Assembly: GCA_951406725.2 (NCBI GenBank)
Contig: OX597816.1
Span: 121,334,001 to 121,398,000 of the forward strand
Source of the DNA: Octopus vulgaris
Lineage: Eukaryota
DNA: 64,000 nucleotides
Direction of reading: 5' to 3'
A program made the translations under genes and the position numbers. Positions 1 through 13,049 of this stretch are shown piece after piece; the first letter of the stretch is position 1; every line of letters begins with the position of its first letter. The notes under the pieces were generated by a model that was not told the origin of the DNA, searched no databases, and saw nothing but the letters and a program-made list of their open reading frames with translations.

Positions 1-1014
1 TTAAAAATTATTTGGTGTGTCACGGCGCCATTTTTTTTATGTGCTCGCGTCCCCTAACTTTAGAACTTGGCTGCGACCTCTGAACCTGAGCAAAATGTAT
101 ACTATATAATCACTCGATCTCTAACACCGTTTCATCATATCTAAGTAGTTTAGGCTCTAAACAGCGATAGATTAAGAAAAATGTATTTGATTTACGTAAT
201 GGAGTAAAATGAACATTCCGTTACTGATGCTTCTTTTATTCAAGTTTCAACCTTTCACTGATTCATACACATTTTCTCAAGGCGCCGATATAATCTTTTA
301 TTCATTTATTCTTTTATTTGTTTTATTTATTTGAAAACCACCGTAGTAAAGCTCAGCACTGAAGGGTTTAGTCGATCAGATCGAACCTTGTACTTATTTT
401 TTAAGGTCTGGTGCATATTTTCTCGGTCTGTTTCTAGGGTTTTGCAGATTTCTGTATTAAAAGATAACGTAGGCAAACCAGTTGAGAAGCAACGAGAAAC
501 AAGTACAAAAACAAAGGTACACACATTACAGTCTTTCACCTAGATCTACCTGTTAAATTTATTTACAAAACTTTAGTGGGCTCAGGGCTCCTGTAGAAGA
601 TACTTGCCCAGGGTGCAACACAATGAAACTGAACCCAAAAGCACATGGCTGCAAAGCAAACTTCTTAACCACACAATTATGCTTGTGCCATAGATTCCGA
701 ATAACACAATCCCGAACGTCATAAGATCAAATGCCAAACCATTGTCATGTGCATGATTATTTCTCTTTGCTGTGACTCTTTCACAACATAACACCATTCT
801 ACAACACAGTTTATGTTGACCAACATAATCTCGAAGGCCAAGACTTATCGTCATGAAAGTATGAACAGATACGGAATTACATAATTATCGTGTACGTAGA
901 TAGCTTAATAATTGAATGACTTCTTTCTTTGACTGTTAAGATTGAAAATGATACAAATTATAAATTTTTAATTTGGATGTCACACAGAATTACGAATTGA
1001 AATATTGTCTAATA

Positions 1015-1356
1015 CAGTGGTTTGCAACCGGAGTCCACATGGCTTCTGAGGGTCCATATAAAATCTTTGGGAGTCCACGCAACAAAATAGTAAATTGTGG
1101 AAACACAATAGTATTTTAAGGGCCCATGAAAAGTTTTGCATTAGATAGTATTTATCAGTATGTATTGCAAGAAGTTTCTTTCTCAAACATTTTACATAGT
1201 TTAACCTACAGAAGTTAATGTGTGAAAACCAAGATCGGAATTTTGGAAGAAGTTTCTATAAAACTACATTTTAAACATCGAATGGCTATGAGGCTCCACT
1301 GGAATAAAATAATAAACAAAGGGGTCCATAGATTAAAAAATGGTTGAGGACCTCTG
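1015..1356 (+). mobile_element. hAT-type MITE with perfect 8-bp TSD
   Basis: TIRs CAGTGGTTTGCAACC / GGTTGAGGACCTCTG and TSD GTCTAATA at 1007-1014 and 1357-1364. Related end at ~36295-36351. Confidence 0.85.
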
Positions 1357-1400
1357 GTCTAATACACCACTAACAGCAATTCCAACGAATAAATAGAAAA

Positions 1401-1740
1401 GGGTAAAGGCCCCTTTCGGTCATGAATGGCCATGGGATTGCATCAAGAAAGTTACCCACCAAGGCACAAGTCCGGGCAAGGTTGTTTATGGAGGACCAAC
1501 AGTTGCCCATGCATACCGGCCTCCCCTCTCTCTCTCCACGCCACCGATCTTTTCCAAAGGAAGGCAAGGGCCGATACAACTTGGCATCTGTGATGTCACA
1601 ACTCATTTCTACAGCTGAGTGAACTGGAGCAATGTGAAATAAAATGTCTTGCTCAAGAACACGGCACACATCCCGGTCCGGGAATCGAACTCACTACTTC
1701 ATGATTGTGAGCCCGACACTCAAACCACTGAGCCATGCGG
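1401..1740 (-). mobile_element. SINE C head + C1 tail (also 4365-4650 -, 6038-6356 -)
   Basis: tRNA-like TGGCTCAGTGGT..GAGTTCGATTCCC, Meta-domain-like CTTGAGCAAGACA..TTCACTCAGCTGTAGAAATGAG, tail GGTAACTTTCT..CATGACCGAA. Confidence 0.85.
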
Positions 1741-1822
1741 CTCAGAACTCAAACTAACCTGCTTTAGAGAAGATACCGTGCATCTATTAATGAGCCTGGT
1801 GTGTTGGATTATTCTAAACATA

Positions 1823-2038
1823 AGAGGGGTGCTGAAATGTTCCTCGCTTTAAGAGTATCGCGAATGGCCAAGCTGGAGGCTCAGCCTCCCGAGTTCTTTT
1901 ACAGGGCTTAGAAAAATTGAAAGATTACTACAACAGGTGCGTGAATCTGAGAAGGGAATGTGTTGAATAAAATCATAATTAACTGATCCGCCTGTATTTT
2001 CTTTTACCCGAAGCGAAGAACTTTTCAGTACCCATTCG
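1823..2038 (+). mobile_element. Short mariner-derived MITE (family M1)
   Basis: TIR ~GAGGGGTGCTGAAAAGTTCC, TA flanks, retains the transposase C-terminus (..GLEKL..CVNLRxExVE*). Confidence 0.8.
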
Positions 2039-2532
2039 TATTCATCATCGTCAGTACATAAGAAAAAAAAATAAAGTATTCATTAACGAACATTTACAAT
2101 CACAATTATAAGTTTGATGGTTGCAGATCGATTGGAAGCGAGTTTGCCAGCAGCGCCCAAATTAACTTAATTTGCTTTATCAGGTTTCTCAAATATACTC
2201 AAATATACCTAATTTTAAAACTGCAAATAAAGGCTTTTTAAAGAATTTCATTCATTAAATTATTTTTTCCCAGATATATTTTTGGGTTTTGGGATTTCGA
2301 GATAGTTGTTTGCGATTTATATAAAATATATGACCTTTCAATATTTCAACAGCTGATAGTTTGGCATTAGGTATGTTTTTCAGATTTCTGACTAAGACTT
2401 CCCCCCTCTCCCTCTGTATATACACACACACACATGCCTGCATGTATGTATGTATGTATGTATGTATGTATGTATGTATGTATGTATGTATGTATGTATG
2501 TATGTATGTATATAAGAAGTAAAGTATGTATG

Positions 2533-2590
<58 letters not shown>

Positions 2591-3098
2591 ACCTAAAGAT
2601 AAGATCGAAGGGTCAAGGTGTAGGAAGATAGTAAGCTTCGAGCAGTCCGTAGAAGGTATAAAAATCAACTTTCAGGAACAATAGTGATTCCTGACGTAGA
2701 AGGTTGTAAGCTTATAACCGTTTTAAGTTCGATAAACTGAAAAAAAAAAAAAAAAAAGAACTATGTTATAGCTTACAGTTCGTCGCTATGGTTGCTGTGC
2801 ATGCGAATAGACATCCAACAGAGTAGATAAAATCCAGGCTACATATGTTTCATAGGCAGCAGAATCTCGGAAGTAGGAATTATCCAAAACGTTGGTGGTG
2901 GGTAATCTGTTAGCTACTCATCGGACCAAAGATACTTTAATCAAAAGAAGTCAATATTGTCGTCAAGGGATCTCATGTTGACTAGCAGGATATTCGATTG
3001 GAGAATATGTATACATTCATATGTCTTAATCGAGGAAGATATTGCGTAAAAAATGAAATTCTCCATTTATCTATTGCGCAATTATCTGAAACGTATGA

Positions 3099-3162
3099 TT
3101 GATTGATTGATTGATTCTAGTTTCAGCTCACGAGCTGTGGCCATGCTGGGGCACCGCCATTG
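3099..3162 (-). mobile_element. Isolated 3' end related to the SINE-A tail, with (AATC)n tail
   Basis: Minus strand GGCGGTGCCCCAGCATGGCCACAGCTCGTGAGCTGAAACTAG(AATC)n versus SINE-A GGCGGTGCTCCAGCATGGCCACAGTCAAATGACTGAAACAAG. Confidence 0.65.
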
Positions 3163-3368
3163 TATGTATTAAATGCATTCAGAATATTACTTGGTTGGAC
3201 TACATTTATGTTATGTATGTAAGTATATGTGTGTGTGTGTATGTGTTTAGTTAAAATAAAAACAATTTTACATTAATGCGATAGGTTACTTTATACTTTT
3301 GTTGAGTACAAATTTACTATTCTTAAACAAGAATATTATTCACAGTGACTTCGAAGTTTCCGTCAGCT

Positions 3369-3413
<45 letters not shown>

Positions 3414-3471
3414 TACTCATGTCCACGAGTAAATATGAGTCAATCTACTGCGTCTATCTAACAATCTGTCA

Positions 3472-3513
<42 letters not shown>

Positions 3514-3596
3514 ATCTATCTATATATATATATATATATATATATGGGTGCTTATATAGTGCACGTGTGCGTACGGCTAAAATAGGTTGTTTACTG

Positions 3597-3678
<82 letters not shown>

Positions 3679-3859
3679 ATATATATGGATGTGGTGAGCG
3701 TAGATGGGTGTGTCTGCGGTTCGCGCGTGTTTCTCTCTGTTTATGCGAAGGATTATTTGCTACATCCCTGTAACACTCCCTGAAATACCATCCGATTAAT
3801 GGAAGAAACAGTCACCGCAGTCCGTGGGGTGGTCTATGATTGTTGGTGATCACCGAGCA

Positions 3860-4092
3860 ACAAACAACCCCAACAATGACGATGCCGAAGGCAGAAGAAG
3901 GGACGGAGGTGATAATATTAATGATCATGACGATGATGATGATGATGGTCATGGTGGTGGTGGTGGTGGTGGTGTGGTGATGATGGTGGTGTGGTGGTGA
4001 TGGTGGTAATAGTGATGATGATGGTGCTGAGAGCGATTGCAGTAATGGTGGTGGTGGTTGTGGCTGTGATGATGATGTTGGTGGTGGGGATA

Positions 4093-4135
<43 letters not shown>

Positions 4136-4260
4136 CGATGATGATGATGATGATGGTGATGACGATGAGAGTGGTGGTGGTGGTGATAACGGTGACGCCA
4201 ACGGCGGCGACGACGGCGACGATGATGGTGATGATGACCAATGATTGTCATCATTATTGT
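3860..4260. repeat. Compound (GAT)n/(GGT)n trinucleotide tract
   Basis: Visible directly; source of the poly-H/S/M/I ORFs. Confidence 0.95.
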
Positions 4261-5899
4261 TAAGAGGGCCGATGCTAGAAAGAGAGATAGGTGAAGTATT
4301 GGTAGCAGTCAGAGACATACATATGTGCGTATATACATATATATGTAATGTGTATTGCATATGAAGGATAACCCATTCGGTTATGAATTTCCATGGGATT
4401 GCACCTAGAAAGTTACCCTCCGAGGCACAAGTCCAGGCAAGGCTGTTTATGGAAGACCAGTAGTCGCCCATGAATACCAGCCCCCCCACCACCACCACCG
4501 ATGTTAACCAAGGGAAAGGCAAAGTCCGATACAGTTTTGTACCTGTGACGTCGAAACTCATTTATACAGCTGAGTGACTGGAGCAACGTGAATAAAGCCA
4601 TGCTCAAGAACACAAAACGCAGCCCGGTCTATCCACTGAGCCATGCACCTTCACTATATTGCGGAAAAAGTATATATGTATTTGCACAGGGAACCACTTT
4701 CCATCGCCAGCTGGTGGATGTCACACGCTGATGACGGGTCAATACCCAGAAACTGTGACTATAGCCAGTGCTTTCTGTTCTTAAGAAGGATCAGAAACTA
4801 TGTGTTGTTTCATAGTATAAAATGGGGTTAATACGATTTTGTCCAGAAATCGCGTTTTCAAAATTTTAATTTCCCCCTATCCCCAGCGCAATTTCTTAAT
4901 TTCTAATTTTTCCGAATTCTTTTATATCTTGTTATCTACATAGAAAAATATAGTGATTAGTAATCTGGGAAATATATATATTTTTTATAGTCTAATTTTC
5001 TTAAAGAAACACTCAAAGACCCTTCCCCCACCTCGCCTGTCTATCACCTACCCACTTTCAAAAAGCTAAAATCTCCCAATCTTGCACATTTGCCTGAAGT
5101 TTCCCGCTTGCATAGAATTCTACTGAAATAGCAGGCTTAAAAAATACCAGACAATGACCAGAAAATCCAACATGCTAGAAACAACGGGTAAACGCTATTA
5201 TTTCTAAAGAAACTTCCAAAAAGCTAAAAGTGAAACACTGAGAGTGTGTGGCTATTTGAAAGTGGTGAGGTGATGGGTAAAATTCTTAAAAATGAATTTG
5301 GTGTGGAGAGAGGGAAAATTAAAGTATTGGGAACGTGTTTTGTGCGTGAAATCCTAATCTCCTGTATCGCAAACTTAGGAATCGGAAGAAATTTAGGAAA
5401 AAAATAAGGGAGCGGGGAGCGGAAATGTCACCTCAGACATGCTTGAAAGAAGAGGTAAAAACAGAAAAACACGAACCCGTACGGATTGAAGTGAAATTTA
5501 TGAAGATACTTCTGTCAGTAAATTATGAAATTACTTACATCAATAAATGTGAACTTCTCTCTGTCAGTAATTTGTCGTTGTCTGCTTGTTTGTAAATAGT
5601 AGCTGAAGACTTAGACTTACGATGAAAACAATAACATGGAAGTTAAACAATGGCGTATGAAAATTGAAAATGAAAAGAATAGCATCAGAAAAATGAAAGT
5701 GAAAACAAGAGATATAGATAGAGAGATACGTTACAGAGAGATAGTGATAAATAAAGAGAGATGGATTGAGATATATACATAAAGAAATATGCTACGTCTC
5801 TGACGCTAGAAAATCGGAAGTGAATATTTTAAAAACTTTCCAAGGTGTGAATATAATATTTAAAAAAATATCTTTTATTTTTAATAATTAAAAAAATAA

Positions 5900-6030
5900 A
5901 TCAGATGAACAGCCTATTATTTGTCCGAGGTCAAATTATTCATGCATCACAAGTTTGAAAGCAATTGGTGAAGCCGTTTTCGCGTGAAAAGTGAATACGT
6001 ACACATCCCTATTTTATATATTATTAGATA
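5900..6030 (-). mobile_element. Possible Helitron-like 5' end
   Basis: A|TCTAATAATATATAAAAT start resembles the end of the 57413 element; no 3' hairpin found. Confidence 0.3.
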
Positions 6031-7738
6031 TATATAAAGTAAAGACCCCCTTTGGTAATGAATGACCATGGGGTTGCTCCTAGAAAGTTCCCCTTCGAGG
6101 CACAAATCCGAATAAAATTGTTTTCGAAAGCCTAACAGCCATGCTTACCAGCCTCTTTTCTCTACACCACTGATGTTATCCAAGGGAAAAGCAAAGGCCG
6201 ATACAGCTTGGTGCCATTGACGTCGCAACTCAATTTTACAACTGAGTGAACTGGAGCAACGTGAAATAAAGCGCCTTGCTCAAAAACTCACCGGGAATCG
6301 AACTCATTACCTCATGATTGTGAGCATGATGCTTTAACCACTGAGTTATGTGCCTTACACACACAAACAAACACACACACATACACAAAAGTACATACAC
6401 ACACACAATGAGTATACAATACGTACACATAGATTCACACACACACATAATTTAATATGTTTTTAGCAAATACGTTTTTATGAGAAAAAGAGACGGGAAG
6501 TAGTTTTATACTTTGGTGTTTATATTCATAATAAAACATGATAAACCAGCGCTAATGTGTGTGGGAATTCTATTTATGGCCAATGTTACCGCCAGTAGTT
6601 GATTTTTGAATTCTTTTGTCATTGATGAGAAATTCAATGCTGTAATGCTCAATGTCCTTGGAGTTGCATTTGGAACTGATGCTATGAATATCGCTTTTCA
6701 AAGGCAGTACGACATTTCTATTTGGATTTAATTTACAGCCGACATGAAAATGTCCCATTCATACATGCCTGTTGATGCAGAGCGCAGCTTGTACGAAGAT
6801 AACTTTGTAATTCGTGTATGTGCTCGGCAAAATTTGTTCCAGGCCGGATTGATTTGAACAAGTGTTAATGTGTGGAATTATTTTTTATTTCTCAAAATCG
6901 CTCCTACAGACTCTCTGGAAAAGTACTCATATTCGAAGTGGAAAGATACGTTATGTAGGATAGTTTATGCATTGCTATGCCCATCTAGGAGAAATCGCAT
7001 CGTAGTCAATCCCGTAGCAGCTTTTTGCTATCTACATGTTCAAATATAATAGATAATTTCAATTTGAGTAGATGACTTTTTCTCCAACATTGCATTAATA
7101 CTTGAAAATTCAACAAACTTTTTATCTTTAGTTCTCACAATCTATAGTTTTAAACCCAACAAGAAGCGCCATTTCTTTTGTATGGGAGGACACAGGTTGT
7201 TCTGCAGTGGATTGCGTCTTCATGCATTGTAAAACCTGGAGTACAACACCATGGAAATTACGTATGATGTCAATTACGCATCATTTTTACCTTTCCGTTA
7301 GAGAAATGACTTCAGTTCTCCTCTCAATTCGAAAACTTGATTATATGATTGATACTTTTCCTGATGATCACTGTAAAATTGTGTAAAATAATAACACATG
7401 AAAATTTGAACCCTAACTTGGCAAATATTCAGAATAATGTAATGAGCTGCCGTGACCACTTCTTTTTCATTAATATTTGGAAAATAGTTTCCGCCAAGGC
7501 CAACTTTGTCTTTCGTCGTTTCGGAGTCGATAAAATAAGTTGAGCACTAGGGTCGATGCAACTGACTTACTCCCTTTCCTGGAAGAGCTGACCTTGTGTC
7601 AAAATTTAAAATCAATATTTGGAAGATAGATTTTGAGTTCAACAGTCGTAACACAATGAAGATTTTCGCGTTTTAAACTAATCGCTTCAAAAATCATTGT
7701 TAAAAATTTCTAACATAATTTGAGACTTTGTTGTTGTT

Positions 7739-7937
7739 CAAGGGGATACTGAAAAGTTCCTGGTTTTAAGCGTGTCGCTCAACCTTCCGAGTTCTTTTAC
7801 AGGACTTAGACAAATTGAAGGACTGCTGCAATAAGTGTGTGAAATCTGAGAGGGGAATATGTTGAATAGAATCATAATTAACTGATCCTCCTGTATTTTC
7901 TTTCACCCAGAGCCAGGAACTTTTCAGGTCCCCCTCG
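7739..7937 (+). mobile_element. Mariner-derived MITE M1
   Basis: Same TIR and internal sequence as 1823-2038. Confidence 0.8.
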
Positions 7938-8589
7938 TGGTTCTTATCATCTCATAGAAACTAAAAATGTGTTTTTCAATTCATCTTTAGTCGTGTTATG
8001 TAAATACCCACAGTTGATAAGACATTGAGACATCAGATAATGCATCCAACTGTATGACATGGATCTCTTCAGTTTCGCTCACAGATTTTTTTATTGTTTT
8101 TTTTTTTTACTAAATAGTTTAAAACTTCGTATACTAGTGTAATTTCTCACCCTAAACATGGTTTACTTTCAACATTTTTGACAACATTTCGTATTTTAGA
8201 AATCATTTCGTGTTAAAGTTGTCATATTTGGGTAATTTTAACGTGTATTCAGCTGAAGATAGCTACTGCTGTATGCGATAGTAATAAACAACTTCCGGGT
8301 CATCTCTACATGTCTCCATTCTGTTCTATTTTATTTTTGTTTACTGCCTGTGTTGCATATTACACGCTTTTTTTTCTGCTTTTCGATCGCCCTTTTGTAC
8401 ATTTGCCTTTTCACCACTCGTACATTTACCATTTATATTGCCTATCCCAAGCAAATCACCCCTTCCTCCCAGTTATCTTAATCCTGTTGATAAACAGGCA
8501 CTTCCTGCAACTAACTGTGAGTGTTCCCACGAGCAATTTTTAGTACAATTTTTTCTGTTTGTCTGTTTATGTTTCCCTTTAAGTCTCCT

Positions 8590-8888
8590 GTGAAGGCGCG
8601 TGGCTTAGTGGTTAGGGTATTCGGCTCATAATCGCAAACTCATAAGTTTGATTCCCGGTGACGTGTCGTGTCCTTTATTTCACGTTGTTCCTGGCAAAAA
8701 CGAGTAGTACTTGTATTTCAAAGGGCCAGCCTTGTTACATTCTGTGCGACGCCGAATCTCCTTGAGAACAACATTAAGGTTACATGTGTCTGTGGAGTGC
8801 TCAGCCACTTGCACATTAATTTCACAAGCAGGTTATTCCGTCGATCGGCCCAACTGGAGCCCTCGTCGTCGTAACTGACGGAGTGCCA
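8590..8888 (+). mobile_element. SINE C head + C2 tail
   Basis: Head GGCGCGTGGCTTAGTGGTTAGGG, tail GTATTTCAAAGGGCC..CCCTCGTCGTCGTAAC. Confidence 0.85.
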
Positions 8889-9189
8889 TTAAGTTTCCTA
8901 CTCCTTTAGAGTATTGGTCCTTTAAAATGCATATATGTTTAGATAATTTTTTGTGTTGGAATGTTATTAGTTAACGTAGCTATTGTGTCTGATACTTGTA
9001 TATCAGAGTATCTTTATTACTTGTATTTATGGTCGTGTAATTAATGAGTTTATTATTACCGTGCTGGGGAGTATGATCTGCGTTGCTGTTGTGTATGTGA
9101 ATTAGGTTGTGCATGTACCTGTGCTTGTAATAAAGCTACATATGATAGAGGTGGTGGCGGTGATGATGGTTTTGATAACTATCAAGATA

Positions 9190-9835
9190 TTTCTACTCTA
9201 GGCACAAGACCCAAAATTTGGGGGGAGGGGACCAGTCGATTAGATCGACCCCAGTACGCAAGTGGTACTTAATTTATCGAACCCAGTACGCAACTGGTAC
9301 TTAATTTATCGACCCCGAAAGGATGAAAGGCAAAGTCGACGTCGGCGGAATTTGAACTCAGAACGTAAAGACAGACGAAATACTGTTAAGCATTTCGCCT
9401 GGCGTGCTAACGTTTCTTATTTCTTTATTGCCCACAAGGGGCTAAACATAGAGGGAGCAAACAAGGACAGACAAAGGGATTAAGTCGATTACATTGACCC
9501 CAGTGCGTAACTGGTACTTAATTTATCGACCCCCGAAAGGATGAAAGGCAAAGTCGACTTCGGTGGAATTTGAACTCAGAACGTAAAGACAGACAAAATA
9601 CTTATTTCTTTACTACCCACAAGGGGCTAAACACAGAGAGGACAAACAAGGACAGACAAATGGATTAAGTCGATTACATCGACCCCAGTGCGTAACTGGT
9701 ACTTATTTAATCGACCCCGAAAGGATGAAAGGTAAAGCCGACCTCGGCGGAATTTGAATTCAGAACGTAACGGCAGACGAAATACGGCTACGCATTTCGC
9801 CCGACGTGCTAACGTTTCTGCCAGCTCGCCGCCTT
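9190..9835 (-). mobile_element. SINE family B, trimeric form
   Basis: Head GGCGGCGAGCTGGCAGAA and three tandem units of GAGTTCAAATTCCGCCGAGGTCGACTTTGCCTTTCATCCTTTCGGGGTCGATAAATTAAGTACCAG (resembles Nin/Deu-type central domains, from memory). Confidence 0.85.
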
Positions 9836-9868
9836 CACGATAGTAAGTATTAAAATATCGGAGTAGCT

Positions 9869-10190
9869 GTGAAGGCGCATGACTTAGTGGTTAGGGTATT
9901 TGGTTCACGATCGTAAGGTCATGAGTTCGATTCTCGGCGGCGATTTATGTCCTTGAGCAAAACACTTTATTTTCACATTGCTCCAGTACACTCAGCTGGC
10001 AAAAATAAGTAGTACCTGTATTTCAAAGGGCCAACCTTGTCACACTCTGTCTCACGCTGAATCTCCCTGAGAACTACGTTAAGGGTACGCGTGTCAGTAG
10101 AATGCTCAGCCTCTTGCACGTTAATTTCACGAGCAAGCTGTTCCTTTGATCGGATCAACTGGAACCCTCGTCGTCGTAGCCACAGAGTAC
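9869..10190 (+). mobile_element. SINE C head + C2 tail
   Basis: Matches 8590-8888. Confidence 0.85.
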
Positions 10191-10603
10191 TACTGGGGTA
10201 GCTGCTGTTGAGAGTTATGTTGGTACACAGTTGCTCAAAAGCACTCCCCAATAAGTTCCTTTCGACTAGTTTGTTTTGTGTTGGCGTTTTAGTTTCTTTT
10301 TCTTTTTGCATTAGTAGCCTTTTAGAAATTCAGACTCCCCATCGACACCTCCGCCACACGACTAGAAGCAGCACAGCAGCACCGGCACCAAGAGTGGAAG
10401 CAACAGTGACAGAAACGACACTACTCTCAATAACCACCACGTGACCAACAACAGCATCTAAAAGCCCTTAAACAACAACAACAACAAAAGAAAAAGACAA
10501 TGACTCCTAAGACATGCTCCTTTCCTTTTGAGCCACTCATACGCACATACGTAATACCATATATACATACATACATATATACACACATACTTATGATGAC
10601 TGC

Positions 10604-10691
<88 letters not shown>

Positions 10692-10693
<2 letters not shown>

Positions 10694-11317
10694 CGCAGGA
10701 GTGGCTGTGTGGTAAATAGCTCGCATACCAACCACATAGTTCCGGGTTCAGTCCCACTGCGTGACATCTTGGGCAAGTGTCTTCTACTTGCCCTCGAGCC
10801 GACCAAAGCCTTATGAGTGGATTTGGTAGACGAAAACTGAAAGAAGCCCGTCGTATATATGTATATGTGTATATTTTGTGAATATACATGGTTCAGTGGT
10901 TAGAGCGTCGAGCTTACGATCGTGAGGTAGTGAGTTCGAATCCCGGACCGGGCTGCGTGTTGTGTTCTTGAGCAAGACACTTTATTTCACGTTGCCAAGA
11001 AAGTGCCAAGCTGTATCGGCCCTTGGATAACATCGGTGGCGTGGAGAGGAGAGGCTGGTATGCATGGGCGACTACTGGTCTTCCATAAACAACCATAAAC
11101 AACCGGACTTGTCTTCCATAAACAACCATAAACAACCGGACTTGTGCCTGGGAGGGTAACTTTCTAGGTCCAATCCCATGGTCACTCATGACCGCAGGGG
11201 TCTCAGCAGCATATTTTGTGTATCTGTGTTTGTGTCCTCCCACCATTGCTTGACAACCGATGTTGGTGTGTCTACGTTCCCATAACTTAGCGGTTCGGCA
11301 AAAGAGACCGATAGAAT

Positions 11318-11320
<3 letters not shown>
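10692..11320 (+). mobile_element. SINE-A interrupted by a SINE-C1 insertion
   Basis: 5' half at 10692-10880 and 3' half at 11221-11320. Confidence 0.85.
10885..11210 (+). mobile_element. SINE C + C1 tail nested in SINE-A, with 10-bp TSD
   Basis: ATATTTTGTG at 10871-10880 and 11211-11220. Confidence 0.85.
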
Positions 11321-11376
<56 letters not shown>

Positions 11377-11377
11377 T

Positions 11378-11725
11378 TACTCTTTTACTTATTACAGTCA
11401 TTTGACTATGGCCATGCTGGAGCACCGCCTTTAGTCGAGAAAATCGACCCCAGGACTTATTTTTTATAAGCCTGTCGGTCTCTTTTGCCGAACCGCTAAG
11501 TTACGGGAACGTAAATATACCAGCATTGGTTGTCAAACGATGTTGGTGGGGACAAACATATATATATATACAACGGGCTTCTTTCGGTTTCCGTCTACCA
11601 AATCCACTCACTAGACTTAGGTTGGCCTAAGGCTATAGTAGAAGACACTTGCGCAAGTTGCCACGCAGTGGGACTGAATCTGGAACCATGTGGTTGGTAA
11701 GCAAGCTACTTACCACACCGCCATA
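11378..11725 (-). mobile_element. SINE-A
   Basis: Similarity to 20335-20733. Confidence 0.85.
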
Positions 11726-11734
11726 TTTATATAT

Positions 11735-11854
11735 ACACCTCGAACAAACTGCCATGTCATACTCGTCTCCGAGTGATGATGATGATGTTCATATATATAT
11801 ATATCATCATCATCACTCAGAGACGAGTATGACATGGTAGTTTGTTCGAGGTGT
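11735..11854. repeat. Near-perfect 120-bp hairpin
   Basis: acacctcgaacaaactgccatgtcatactcgtctccgagtgatgatgatg pairs with its inverse (2 mismatches) around a short (AT)n loop. Confidence 0.9.
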
Positions 11855-12944
11855 TCATTTAGTCACGAGCTGACAGAGACACACGTTTGGCCCACCCGTA
11901 CTTGACCCAATACATTATAAAGGACGTGACTGCTAGAAGTAGAAAGGACCACACTAGAATTCGATTAACAGGAAATGAAGTGTCTTGCTCAAGGACATGG
12001 CGGGCTGTTTAGTCCAGAAATTGAGACTATGGCCTTGCGATTACGTATCCAACATCCTGCATTACCGAACACTCCTTTCTTCAGCTGTCAAATGTATTAT
12101 TGTAGAAGCGTTTGATAAAGTCACTGAAGACAGAGATTCCCGGCAACATTGATACAACTAGATGTCCGGCTTCTTTTGACGCACTGCAGTACGTTTCTGT
12201 TCTTCTTCCTCTTAGCTATTTAACCACTACACCACACAGAGGGCAGCTGCAATCACTTCAATCTTATAACAGAAATTTTGTTTTGATCGACTACCTGCTG
12301 GGTATTATTTGCTCTTTGCTCTTAGATTAGTTCTTCCACCCACATCACTCTGACATGTCCTCGCCTGAAGAACACTTCTCGAATCATTACTTTTTTAGCC
12401 TTCCTAAGTCAAAAAAATGCTTGTGGATGTGTGTTTCTGTGTGCGAATAAGTGAGTTAGTGTGTGAATGTATATAAGTATGTATGGTCCAAATGTACAGA
12501 TAACAAACCACAGAGACCGGTGAAGTAACAACAAGCAGGTGTGTAAGCTTGACGCTCGGGAAAAATGGAGAAGCCTTTGACGTTTCGAGCCTATGCTCTA
12601 CGACAAAAACAAGTTCGAAAGTTCGAAAAGTTTTGAAGGTTCGAGAAGCTGTGTTAGATTGGTATGTTAAAAATCAACATCCGTGTACAGTAAAATCCAT
12701 GACGGTAGGGCCCGAGAAGTTCCAATGGTAAGTATATAGTACACACTGTATATAAAATGTTCAATGCATCTAATTCATATTTGAATTTAATTTTACGTAT
12801 GCATCGTCGTGGCATACCAGCAAATGGTTCTTTTTTTTTGTACTATTTGTATATAGTCATGGACTGATGATTCAGTTTGCCCTTGGTCCTATTCAGATAC
12901 GGGATGTTGATAAGCCACAAAAATGGTAAAATATCGGTATCCAT

Positions 12945-13049
<105 letters not shown>

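Noticed and set aside
3812-4561. 249-aa ORF and overlapping His/Ser/Met-rich ORFs
   Set aside because: A SINE plus a trinucleotide repeat tract; no domain or splice evidence
5603-5640. Other CTGANGA hits (5603, 8253, 12125, 12365, 38028, 46774)
   Set aside because: No stem II plus GAAA plus NUH arrangement
6560-7330. Possible hAT transposase relic on the minus strand (SCALHQQAC)
   Set aside because: Only one short motif and no TIRs found; too weak to call
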